Source: an uncultured Thermoleophilaceae bacterium
Lineage (GTDB): Bacteria > Actinomycetota > Thermoleophilia > Solirubrobacterales > Thermoleophilaceae
Assembly: GCA_963748315.1 (NCBI GenBank)
Contig: CAVVIK010000003.1
Span: 4,996 to 68,995, forward strand
Reading direction: 5' to 3'
Length of the DNA: 64,000 nt
Part shown: positions 19,127-26,626 of the stretch, in pieces
Layout: each line of letters starts with the position of its first letter
How positions within the stretch are numbered: position 1 is the stretch's first letter
Notes under the pieces: model-generated
Databases searched by the model: none
Seen by the model: the letters and a program-made list of their open reading frames with translations, nothing else
Told to the model about the DNA's origin: nothing
Translations under genes and position numbers: made by a program

Positions 19127-20697
19127 CGGACGAGCTCCTCCGCCAGGAGCGCCGCGCCCGCCTCGGGCGTGAGCGCGCCGCCGGCCCCGTCGAGGATGCG
19201 CGCGACGTCCGTCGCGAAATGCCTGCCGCCGGCGAGGACGCTCGCCGCCGAGCCGTCGGCGATGACGTTGCCCTGGCCCATCAGCACGATGCGCTCGGCC
19301 CAGCTGGCGGCGAACTCGGTGTCGTGCGTCGCGACGATCACTGCGAGGCCGCGGCCGGCGAGCTCGCGAAGGCGCTGGCCGAGCGCCTCCTTCCAGCCGC
19401 GGTCCATGCCGCGCGTCGGCTCGTCGAGGCACACGACCGCGACGTCGTCTCCCTCGAGCACGATCTCGAGCGCCAGGCGCTGGCGTTCGCCGCCGGACAG
19501 GTCGCGCGGGTGCTTCGCCTCGCGGCCCGCCAGCCCGGCGCGCGCGATCGCGTCCGAGCCGGCCTCGTCGGCCACGTGCTCGTGGATCAGGAAGTCGCCG
19601 GGGTTCTGGAGCAGTAGCGCGACCTCGCCGCCGCGGACGACGCGGCCGCGTGTCGGATCGACGAGGCCCTTGGCGTGGCGCAGGAGCGTGCTCTTGCCCG
19701 CGCCGTTGCGCCCCATCAGCGCGACAAGCTCGCCCGGCCGCAGGTCGACATCAATGCCGCGCAGGATCGCCGGCCCGTCGGCGATCTCGTGCCAGACGCC
19801 CTCGAACCGCAACGCGGGACGGGCCCCCGCCTTCGGCGGATCCGGCGCCGCGGCGGCGGCGGCCGGCGCCAGGCCCGCGCCGTGGATCCGGTCGCGCGCC
19901 TCCTTGACCGACACGGGCGGCGGGCCTATTCCGGCGAGCGAGAACAGCCGCGCGGCCGGCGTCGCGAGCACGGAGCCGCGCTCGGTCGCCCAGTCGAGAA
20001 ACGCAGCCGGGCCCGCGTCGAACACGACCCGCCCGTCCTCCATCGCAAGCACGCGGTCCGCCGCCGGCAGGCAGCGCTCGACACGGTGCTCGGCCAGGAG
20101 GACCGCCGTTCCCCACTCCTCGTTCAGCCGCCGTAAGAGCCACACGAGGTCGTCGCCCGCGACCGGGTCGAGCTGCGAGGTCGGCTCGTCGAGCACGAGG
20201 AGAGACGGCTTGCCGGCGACGGCCGCAGCGAGCGCGACACGCTGCAGCTCGCCGCCCGAGAGCGTGTCGGTGCGGCGCTCCAGGAGATGGGCGACGCCCA
20301 GCTCGAGCGCAGCCTCCTCGACCGCGCGGGCGATCGCCGCCGCCTCGAGCCCGCGCTGCTCGAGTGGGAGCGCGAGCTCGGCGCGCACGCCGCTCATGAC
20401 GACCTGCGTCTCCGGGTCCTGGAGCAGCGTCGCGCAGCTCGCGGCCAGCTCGTTCGGGCCGTGGTCGCGGACGCTCATCCCGGCAACCTCGAGCTCGCCG
20501 TGCGCGTCGCCGCCGTGGAAGTGCGGCACTAGGCCGCACGCGGCGCGCAGGAGCGTCGACTTGCCGGAGCCCGACTCGCCGACCACGAGCGTGAAGGACC
20601 CCGGCTCGAGCTCGAGCGTGAGATCCGCGAGCGCGTCCTGTGCGGCGCTCGGGTACCGGTAGCCGAATCCCTCGGCGCGGAGCACGGGCTCAGGCAT
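19123..20697 (-). CDS. ECF transporter energy-coupling ATPase, fused EcfA-EcfA' (two ABC domains)
   Basis: The 524-aa ORF has two Walker A motifs (GESGSGKST, GRNGAGKST). It also has two signatures (LSGGELQRV, LSGGERQRL) and two Walker B motifs (LLVLDEPTS, VVCLDEPTR). Confidence 0.9.
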   Translation of the reverse strand: MPEPVLRAEGFGYRYPSAAQDALADLTLELEPGSFTLVVGESGSGKSTLLRAACGLVPHFHGGDAHGELEVAGMSVRDHGPNELAASCATLLQDPETQVVMSGVRAELALPLEQRGLEAAAIARAVEEAALELGVAHLLERRTDTLSGGELQRVALAAAVAGKPSLLVLDEPTSQLDPVAGDDLVWLLRRLNEEWGTAVLLAEHRVERCLPAADRVLAMEDGRVVFDAGPAAFLDWATERGSVLATPAARLFSLAGIGPPPVSVKEARDRIHGAGLAPAAAAAAPDPPKAGARPALRFEGVWHEIADGPAILRGIDVDLRPGELVALMGRNGAGKSTLLRHAKGLVDPTRGRVVRGGEVALLLQNPGDFLIHEHVADEAGSDAIARAGLAGREAKHPRDLSGGERQRLALEIVLEGDDVAVVCLDEPTRGMDRGWKEALGQRLRELAGRGLAVIVATHDTEFAASWAERIVLMGQGNVIADGSAASVLAGGRHFATDVARILDGAGGALTPEAGAALLAEELVR

Positions 20698-21571
20698 GCG
20701 CCACCCCCAGCCGCGCGCGGGCGCCGGCGAACGGTGCCAGCGCGAGAAGCGGCAGCAGCACGACCGCGGCGACGTCGGCCGGGGCCGCCGCGACCGCGAG
20801 CGTCGGGTAGGGGTCGAAGCCGCCGGCGCCTGCCACGCGCGTCGCGATCGCGGTTACCGCGATCGCCCCCGCTGCCAGCGCCACGCGCACGTCGTGGCGC
20901 GACCACGGCGCGGCATACCGCGGCGGCCGCTGCGCAGACGCATACCCGCGCAGCTCGAGCGCCGCCGCGACGTCCACCGCCCGCTCGAGCGCTCCCGCGA
21001 GTGTCGCGCGCGCGACCGCTGCGCGCGCGGGCGGCCGCGGCCGGCAACGCGCCGCGTCGCCCATCCTGAGCGCGTCCCGCGCGAGCACCGGCGCGAGCCG
21101 GGTGGCGAGCGACGCGGTGAGCGCGCTGCGGTACGACACGCGCCGCACGAGTCGCAGGAGGTCATCGGGATCGACACATGCGGAGAACAGGGCCAGCGCC
21201 AGCGCGAGCACGAACAGGCGCAGGCCGGCGGCGCCGCCGTAGGCGATCGCCTCGAGCGTGATCTCGATCCGATAGCCGAGCACCTCGCCGCCGCGGAACA
21301 GGAGCGTCGCCCCCTCGCGGTAGACGAGCGGGTTGATGATCACGATCAGGAGCACGAGCGGCACGGCGAGCCGCGCCGCGCGCGCGAGCTCCGCGCCGAC
21401 GCCGGCCGCGATTCCGGCGAGCGTCGCGGCGGCGAGCCCGCCCGCGAGCACGAGCGGGCTGTCGTAGAGCATCGGGACGAGTGCGAGCGCCGCGCAGAAG
21501 GACGTCGTCGCGCCGGCGCGGGCGGCGTGGAGCGGGCTCGGCCGCGGCTGGTATGTGGGCACGAGCCTCAT
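20690..21571 (-). CDS. ECF transporter transmembrane T component (EcfT / CbiQ family)
   Basis: ATG 21571 overlaps the upstream stop as ATGA. It reads MRLVPTYQPRPSPLHAARAGATTSFCAALALVPMLY...ITLEAIAYGGAAGLRLFVLALALALFSACVDPDDLLRLVRRVSYRSALTASLATRLAPVL...ALELRGY. The stop overlaps the EcfA start by 8 nt. Confidence 0.8.
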   Translation of the reverse strand: MRLVPTYQPRPSPLHAARAGATTSFCAALALVPMLYDSPLVLAGGLAAATLAGIAAGVGAELARAARLAVPLVLLIVIINPLVYREGATLLFRGGEVLGYRIEITLEAIAYGGAAGLRLFVLALALALFSACVDPDDLLRLVRRVSYRSALTASLATRLAPVLARDALRMGDAARCRPRPPARAAVARATLAGALERAVDVAAALELRGYASAQRPPRYAAPWSRHDVRVALAAGAIAVTAIATRVAGAGGFDPYPTLAVAAAPADVAAVVLLPLLALAPFAGARARLGVAHA

Positions 21572-22497
21572 TCGCCGTCCTCCGGCAGCGGGAGCTTGAC
21601 CGGCCCGTCTGCGGTGGCTGCGACGGCGAACGCGTTGCGCAGCGAGCGCGCGTCGAGGATGGAGGCCGCCGCCTGGACGCCGAGGTCGTCGAGCCCGGTC
21701 ACGATCCACACCACGGCCTGCTCCTCGAGCGCGGTCGCGGCCACGAGGCCGGTGCCCGGGTCGGCGGTTTGCACGGCGTCGCCATCCTCGTCGAGTAGCT
21801 CGAGCCGCTGGCCGTCATCGGTGAAGCGCGCGAACACCCCGCTCGCCTCGGGCCCCTCCTCGAGCAGGGCGGGCGTGCGCACGTCGCGCAGCTCGTCCCA
21901 CGTCCCCACGAGCACCCGGACGAGGTCCTTGCCGCCCGAGGCCGCGAGCTGCGATGAGCTGACACGCGCGCCGACGCCGGTCAGCGAGTCCTTGACGGAG
22001 GAGCACGCCTCGTCGTCCGAGTCGGCGCACTCGAGCCGAACCGGCAGCCGCTCGCCCTCGAGACCGCTGCGGAACGGCTCGGGGTAGGCGCCGACGATCG
22101 CCGGTATGCGCTCCTTCGCGCTCCAGTCGCGGTTGTCCCACTGGATCACGTCGCCGGCGTGCACTTCCCAGTCCGCCGCGCCGCGGTCGGCCCAGATGCC
22201 GTTTACGTAGTAGAACCAGTCGCGCGTGCCGCCGCCGCCCCCGGAACCCTCGAGGCCGTCGATCGCCTCCACGAAATTGCCGCCGAAGCGCGTGTCGACG
22301 TCGTGCTGCGACTGGAGCAGGCGCATGACGCTCTCGTCCTCGTGCACCGTGTCGATCTTGTCGGCGGCCAGCTGCTCGTGGCCGAAGTCCTTCGTCACAC
22401 GGATGTCTGCGCCGCCGTCCTGCGCCTCGCCCTCGCCGAACCCGCATCCGCCGAGGCAGATGGCGATGGTGAGGGCGACGGCGGCGACGCGTGTCAC
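21568..22497 (-). CDS. lipoprotein with DUF4430 (transcobalamin-like C-terminal) domain plus an unassigned C-terminal domain
   Basis: GTG 22497 overlaps the upstream stop as GTGA. The signal and lipobox read VTRVAAVALTIAICLGGC. The DUF4430-type pattern is SVMRLLQSQHDVDTRFGGNFVEAIDGLEGSGGGGGTRDWFYYVNGIWADRGAADWEVHAGDVIQWDN. Confidence 0.7.
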   Translation of the reverse strand: MTRVAAVALTIAICLGGCGFGEGEAQDGGADIRVTKDFGHEQLAADKIDTVHEDESVMRLLQSQHDVDTRFGGNFVEAIDGLEGSGGGGGTRDWFYYVNGIWADRGAADWEVHAGDVIQWDNRDWSAKERIPAIVGAYPEPFRSGLEGERLPVRLECADSDDEACSSVKDSLTGVGARVSSSQLAASGGKDLVRVLVGTWDELRDVRTPALLEEGPEASGVFARFTDDGQRLELLDEDGDAVQTADPGTGLVAATALEEQAVVWIVTGLDDLGVQAAASILDARSLRNAFAVAATADGPVKLPLPEDGE

Positions 22498-23188
22498 TCG
22501 ACGCGCACCCTCTCTGCGAACGAGCGGACGAAGCCGTCCTTCTCCGCGTACAGCCGGTGTGCGCCGGAGGCGAGGGCCAGCGTCGCGGTCCCGTCCGAGT
22601 CGGTCTCGGCCGTGCGGTTGCCGGCATGAACCGTCGCGCCCGCGAGCCGCGTGCCACGGCCCTCGTCGTCGTATGCGGTGACTCGCGCCGAGACGGTCCC
22701 CCCGCCCTCGTCGCGCACTCGCAGTCCGAGCGTCCGCTGGCAGCCGCCGACACGGAAGACGCAGTAGAACCACGTCACCCGCACGCGCCGCTTGATGCGC
22801 CCGCTGCCGAAGGGCCCGCTCGGGTCGGCGGCGCCGGTCGTGCCCTGCCGGTTGCCGACCTTGTAGACCCAGCCCGAGTCGCCGCGATTCCGGTCGTCGC
22901 CAATTTTGCGTACGAACAGGCTCGCCGGGTCGCAGGAGCCGGAGAAGTCGCGCACCTTAGCCTCGCCACGTCACTGCGCACGAGTGCGGCCAGCGGCGTC
23001 GCGCTGGGCACGCGGCAGCGGTGGTCACTCGCGCGTGTGCGCGTGCGTGCCGTGCCGACGGTCTCGCTCTTGGCCGTCCCGTCGCGGAAGACGACGAGCT
23101 GATCGAAGCGCGGCGCGCCGTTTGCGAGCGGCGCCACCGCCCCCGCAAATGCGAGGACGGCGGCGATCACGATCGCGGCTCGGGTCAC
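22494..23188 (-). CDS. secreted DUF4430 domain protein with C-terminal carboxypeptidase-regulatory-like Ig fold; apparent 1-nt frame break near 22,958
   Basis: GTG 23188 overlaps the upstream stop as GTGA. The signal peptide MTRAAIVIAAVLAFAGAVAPLANG and SATPLAALVRSDVARL are in ORF 22775-23188. The continuation KVRDFSGSCDPASLFVRKIGDDRNRGDSGWVYKVGNRQGTTGAADP...RVTWFYC plus GATVHAGNRTAETDSDGTATLALASGAHRLYAEKDGFVRS is in ORF 22494-22955. Confidence 0.65.
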
Positions 23189-24147
23189 CTGCGCCTGACC
23201 GTCTCGCAGTTGCGCTTGACGCGGTCGAGCTGGTCGACGCGCGCGACGTCGTCGCCGCGGCCGCAGCGGATCTTGTCCGACGCGTCGTCGCCGCGCGAGT
23301 TGATCCTGTCGTCGCCGGCGCGGCCGGCGAACCGCTCCGGGTTGTCGGTGCCGCGCATGCGGTCATCGCCACGGGTGCCAATTGTCCAACCGGTCAGCCA
23401 CCTGTCGCACTCGGAAGCGGAGTCCTCCCACACGCACAGGTGCAGCAGGTCCGTCTGGACGTCGCCATCTCGAACGCCGCGGATGAACGGCCGGCTGGCC
23501 TCGTCGAAGACGACCTCCGCGGTGCCGTCCGCACCCGTCATCACGTCGCCTGCGCCATCGAGTCGAACGCCCGCAGCCGGCATGACCGCGCCGTTGTCGT
23601 CGTATTCACGGACGTTCACGTCCACGGGAGTGCCCGCCTGCACCACGTTGTCGGACAGGACGAGTTCGAGCTCCTTGCCGACGTTCGTGCCGGTGTCGAG
23701 GTTCAGGAAGTACCACAGCACCTCGCCATGCGAGCGGTTGATTGGGAACTGGTCGGCGCCGATCTCCGGCAGGACGTGATCGACCTTGTAGCTCCAGAAC
23801 GCCGTGTCGCTGCCCACGAAGCCGCCGATACCGCATACGAACTTGCCGAAGTCGAACTCGTCGCTGACCTGCACCGGACGCAGGTCGCGGGTGAATTCGG
23901 CCGCCTGGAATACGAGACCGAGGGCCGACGGGCCGTCGATCGCGTAGCTGTTGCTAGTGCCGCCACACGCGGCGCTCGCTTCGTACGTCACGGAGTCGTG
24001 CACGTAGCGGAAGCCCGGGCCGATGTCGTGGCCGCCGGCCTCGACACGCAGCTTGGTGGTCACGGCATCGGCGATGGCGGGCGAAGCCGCCATCACCACG
24101 AACACGCACACGGCAAGAGCCGCGCGCTTCAGGGAATGGATGTGCAT
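23185..24147 (-). CDS. secreted DUF4430 domain protein with Ig-like middle region and RTX-like GDD repeats
   Basis: ATG 24147 follows GAAAGGG. The signal peptide is MHIHSLKRAALAVCVFVVMAASPAIADA. The DUF4430-type pattern is GPSALGLVFQAAEF...FGKFVCGIGGFVGSDTAFWSYKVDHVLPEIGADQFPINRSHGEVLWYF. The C-terminus is GTRGDDRMRGTDNPERFAGRAGDDRINSRGDDASDKIRCGRGDDVARVDQLDRVKRNCETV. Confidence 0.7.
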   Translation of the reverse strand: MHIHSLKRAALAVCVFVVMAASPAIADAVTTKLRVEAGGHDIGPGFRYVHDSVTYEASAACGGTSNSYAIDGPSALGLVFQAAEFTRDLRPVQVSDEFDFGKFVCGIGGFVGSDTAFWSYKVDHVLPEIGADQFPINRSHGEVLWYFLNLDTGTNVGKELELVLSDNVVQAGTPVDVNVREYDDNGAVMPAAGVRLDGAGDVMTGADGTAEVVFDEASRPFIRGVRDGDVQTDLLHLCVWEDSASECDRWLTGWTIGTRGDDRMRGTDNPERFAGRAGDDRINSRGDDASDKIRCGRGDDVARVDQLDRVKRNCETVRRR

Positions 24148-24182
24148 CAGAGGCACCCTTTCCTCGAGGGTTGACGTTGCCT

Positions 24183-24348
24183 GTGACCGGAGGCAGGTCT
24201 CCTGGCTCCCGGATTCGCCCTTCCGCGCCTTCCCGGGGTGCTGTCGCTCCCCAGTGGCTGCCATTGGCGGATGGCCTAGCCGGTCACAGTGGCGGGACCG
24301 CGCCGGATTTGCACCGGACTTCCCTTGACCACCGGTCGCCGCCCAGGA
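24183..24348 (-). promoter_or_regulatory. cobalamin (B12) riboswitch
   Basis: The minus strand reads GGTGGTCAAGGGAAGTCCGGTGCAAATCCGGCGCGGTCCCGCCACTGTGACCGG (core, ~24,280-24,335). It continues GCAGCCACTGGGG...CCCCGGGAAGGCG. The B12 box GAGCCAGGAGACCTGCCTCCGG follows (box at 24,192-24,207). This lies 36 nt upstream of ATG 24147. It matches the conserved Cbl-riboswitch core and B12 box from memory of the family consensus. Confidence 0.85.
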
Positions 24349-24546
24349 TACACGCGCAACCCTCCAACTTCGCGCGCGCCCGAGCGTTCAAAAGTCGAGG
24401 ACCAGGGCCGGGGCGTTCGCCGACTTGTCAATCGGAGGGCATGGAGAGAACGCCCTTCGGCGAGTGTGTCTCCGCCACCAGCCGAAGGCCCAACAGGAAG
24501 TACCCCCAAGGGAAGGGCGCTCCATGACGGGGCGCCCTTCCCGGTT

Positions 24547-24810
24547 TCAGCGCCGGTCGTGGACGGTGAGCACGGCGCCGACGAGTAGGGCCACGAGCAC
24601 GGCCGTGGCCGCGGCGACCACCGCGAACGTCGTGTGGCCCTCCGCGTAGCCGGTCACGCGCGGGAGGCGCTCGAGCGCCAGCCAGCCGACCACCACGAGC
24701 GGCACCAGCATCGCCACCACGGCGGGCCACCACGCGTAGGGCTCCTCGCGCGTCGGGAGGGCGGCGTTCAGCCGGCCTGTCCGCAGCACGGCAGCGCGGC
24801 GAAGCACCAC
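24547..24810 (-). CDS. small hypothetical membrane protein (start uncertain; may begin at 24711)
   Basis: Two hydrophobic helices are visible: AVVAMLVPLVVVGWLAL and FAVVAAATAVLVALLVGAVL. At the longest start the ORF overlaps the PAP2 3' end. Confidence 0.3.
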   Translation of the reverse strand: MVLRRAAVLRTGRLNAALPTREEPYAWWPAVVAMLVPLVVVGWLALERLPRVTGYAEGHTTFAVVAAATAVLVALLVGAVLTVHDRR

Positions 24811-25460
24811 GTCGTGGCGACGAGATACCCGCCGGCGACGTCGCTCGGGAAATGCCAGTCGAGCGACATGATCGCGAAGCCAACCGCGAGCGCGAAGAGT
24901 GCGCCGATGCAGCCGACCAGCGGCTTGAGCCGTGCGGGCGCGACCATCACCGCCGCCAGCGCTAGCGACATCGCCGCCGTGGCGTGCCCGCTGGGGAAGG
25001 CCTCGGCGGCGACGTCGAACTCGCCGAACGTCCCGCGTGGGTTCGCGAGCAGCGGCTTCAGCACCTGGCTCGTCACGTTCGCCCCGACCAGCATCACGCC
25101 CGCGGCAAGTCCGACGAGCGGATATCCACGCACGAACGCGATCGCGACGAGAATGAGCCCGATCAGCGCGAAGGGCTTGGGGTCCGCGAGCGTCGCAATG
25201 TTGTCCGCAAGTTCGGCGAGGCGGGGCCGCTGGAGCTCGCCAAAGCCGTGAAGCGCGCGCTGGTCGGCGGCGGCACCCGGCTCGGTCGTGTAGACGACCG
25301 CCAGCAGGACCAGGAAGGCGGCGACGCAGACAGCCGCGGCCGTCCAGAGCCGCCGGGGCGTATCCAGCATCCGTTCGAGGCTACTGAGCGCCCCCGCCGC
25401 AATCGCGGCCAAGAACGACCACGGCCGAGCCTCTAGAATCGCCCGTTCCCAGGCCGCCAT
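24768..25460 (-). CDS. PAP2 superfamily phosphatase (membrane)
   Basis: Three PAP2 motifs are present: KPLLANPR, PSGH and WHFPSDVAGG. The protein is polytopic. The longest start, 25460, overlaps tRNA-Glu by 8 nt, so the internal ATG at 25370 (MLDTPRRLW) may be the true start. Confidence 0.75.
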   Translation of the reverse strand: MAAWERAILEARPWSFLAAIAAGALSSLERMLDTPRRLWTAAAVCVAAFLVLLAVVYTTEPGAAADQRALHGFGELQRPRLAELADNIATLADPKPFALIGLILVAIAFVRGYPLVGLAAGVMLVGANVTSQVLKPLLANPRGTFGEFDVAAEAFPSGHATAAMSLALAAVMVAPARLKPLVGCIGALFALAVGFAIMSLDWHFPSDVAGGYLVATTWCFAALPCCGQAG

Positions 25461-25525
25461 CGTCTAGGGGACTAGGACGCCGCCCTCTCACGGCGGAAAC
25501 CGGGGTTCGAATCCCCGTGGCGGTA
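25453..25525 (+). tRNA. tRNA-Glu (anticodon CTC)
   Basis: A 73-nt cloverleaf. Acceptor GCCGCCA/TGGCGGT; D arm GTCT-AGGGGACTA-GGAC; anticodon arm CCGCC-CTCTCAC-GGCGG; T arm CGGGG-TTCGAAT-CCCCG; discriminator A. No CCA is encoded. Confidence 0.9.
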
Positions 25526-25527
25526 CT
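25506..25527 (+). repeat. direct repeat copy 1 (3' end of tRNA-Glu; putative attL)
   Basis: TTCGAATCCCCGTGGCGGTACT, identical to 27608-27629. Confidence 0.85.
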
Positions 25528-25529
25528 AC

Positions 25530-25554
25530 GAAGCCCGCTCTATGAGCGGGCTTC
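25530..25554 (+). terminator. hairpin immediately after tRNA-Glu
   Basis: A perfect 11-bp stem GAAGCCCGCTC / GAGCGGGCTTC with a TAT loop. It is not followed by a strong T-tract. Confidence 0.5.
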
Positions 25555-26004
25555 TGCGCTGTGGCGCGCTCGTGGGAAACGCCTCGGGAAACAGTGTTCT
25601 GCACGGAATAGGTGCCCGTGGCTGAGATGCGGCGAGCCGCGTGTGCACCCCGCGCAAAGCGGCAGCGGCGGTAATGCTTAGGCGGCGCGTGAACCCATAA
25701 GGAAGAGGGGCGTCCTCGCTGGCGCTCCGCAACGGTGCGGAGCTCCGCAAGCGTGCTCCGAGAATACGACCTTCGTGTTGCTCGGACTCGGCGTGCGATC
25801 GCTGCGGCGGCGGAGGCACAGGGGACGCGCTGCGCCTATCGCGCCTGTTCCTAGCGCCAGGGCTTGCGCTTACATGATTAGCGAGTCGCGAGCGTTGAGC
25901 TGTGCCGGCGGAGCCGGGCCGCCGCTTTTCCGCCACGTGCCGCGCAGCGTTGGGGACAGCGTGGTACGGCTCCACCCCGCACACGTCCCGTGCGGCCCCG
26001 GGGC

Positions 26005-26538
26005 TTACGGAACCAGCCGCCATGCGGTGACTCCATCTTGAGCCGCGTATGCGAACGCGCCTGCGATGTTGTCGAACTGCTTGGTCGGCTGTCCCCTCGG
26101 GCCGGTGGCGAAGTACACGGTCTTCGGGACCTTCTCGAGTTCGTAGACCGTCTTGCACTTGTACTCGTAGTCCTGGCTGTAGAAGTCGTATTCGTTCGCG
26201 CATTTTTGGATCGGCCGCCGTTCGTTCACGGTGATCGTCCCCCGTGCGACCTGTACCTCGCCGTTCGGTGTGTAGCCACCGACTGCCCTGCCCGCGCGCG
26301 CGGCCTCGTACGCCTGCTGCCCGTTGAGCGGGTACCCGGAGGGTGTGGGCGCGGGTGACAGCCTCGGCGACGTGCCGGGGCTCGGGCTGGGTGTTGGTGT
26401 TGGGCTGCGCGCTGGCGCCGGCGCCGGCGCCGGCGCAGGGCTAGGCGCCGGACCCGGATCCGAGTTGGGGTCCTCGCCGCAGTCCGATGCCCCTGTGGCC
26501 AACAGCGCGAGACAGAGGAGCGGTACCAGCTTTCGCAT
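26005..26538 (-). CDS. hypothetical secreted protein / lipoprotein with Ala/Pro/Ser/Thr-rich linker
   Basis: ATG 26538 gives MRKLVPLLCLALLATGASDCG. The linker is PGPAPSPAPAPAPAPARSPTPTPSPSPGTSP. The globular C-terminus has 2 Cys (IQKCANEYDFYSQDYEYKCKTVYELEK). Confidence 0.55.
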   Translation of the reverse strand: MRKLVPLLCLALLATGASDCGEDPNSDPGPAPSPAPAPAPAPARSPTPTPSPSPGTSPRLSPAPTPSGYPLNGQQAYEAARAGRAVGGYTPNGEVQVARGTITVNERRPIQKCANEYDFYSQDYEYKCKTVYELEKVPKTVYFATGPRGQPTKQFDNIAGAFAYAAQDGVTAWRLVP

Positions 26539-26626
26539 GGAAGGGCCTAACCCAAATGTGGGTCGCACGAACGGGGAGTCATCTGTCGCGACGGTTTCGC
26601 GATAGACCGATAGGAACGGCGCCCTT

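Noticed and set aside
24426-24431. Perfect TTGACA (minus strand) upstream of the riboswitch as the operon's -35 box
   Set aside because: No acceptable -10 (TAnnnT) lies 16-19 nt downstream, where the sequence is GC-rich (GTCGGCGAACGCCCCGGCC). The promoter cannot be placed from sequence alone.
25526-26203. 225-aa minus ORF just right of tRNA-Glu, considered as a degenerate integrase
   Set aside because: The translation is Arg/Ser/Pro-rich and shows no tyrosine-recombinase motifs (no R..HxxR..Y pattern). It overlaps the 3' end of the convincing lipoprotein gene in a different reading frame. It is treated as non-coding.
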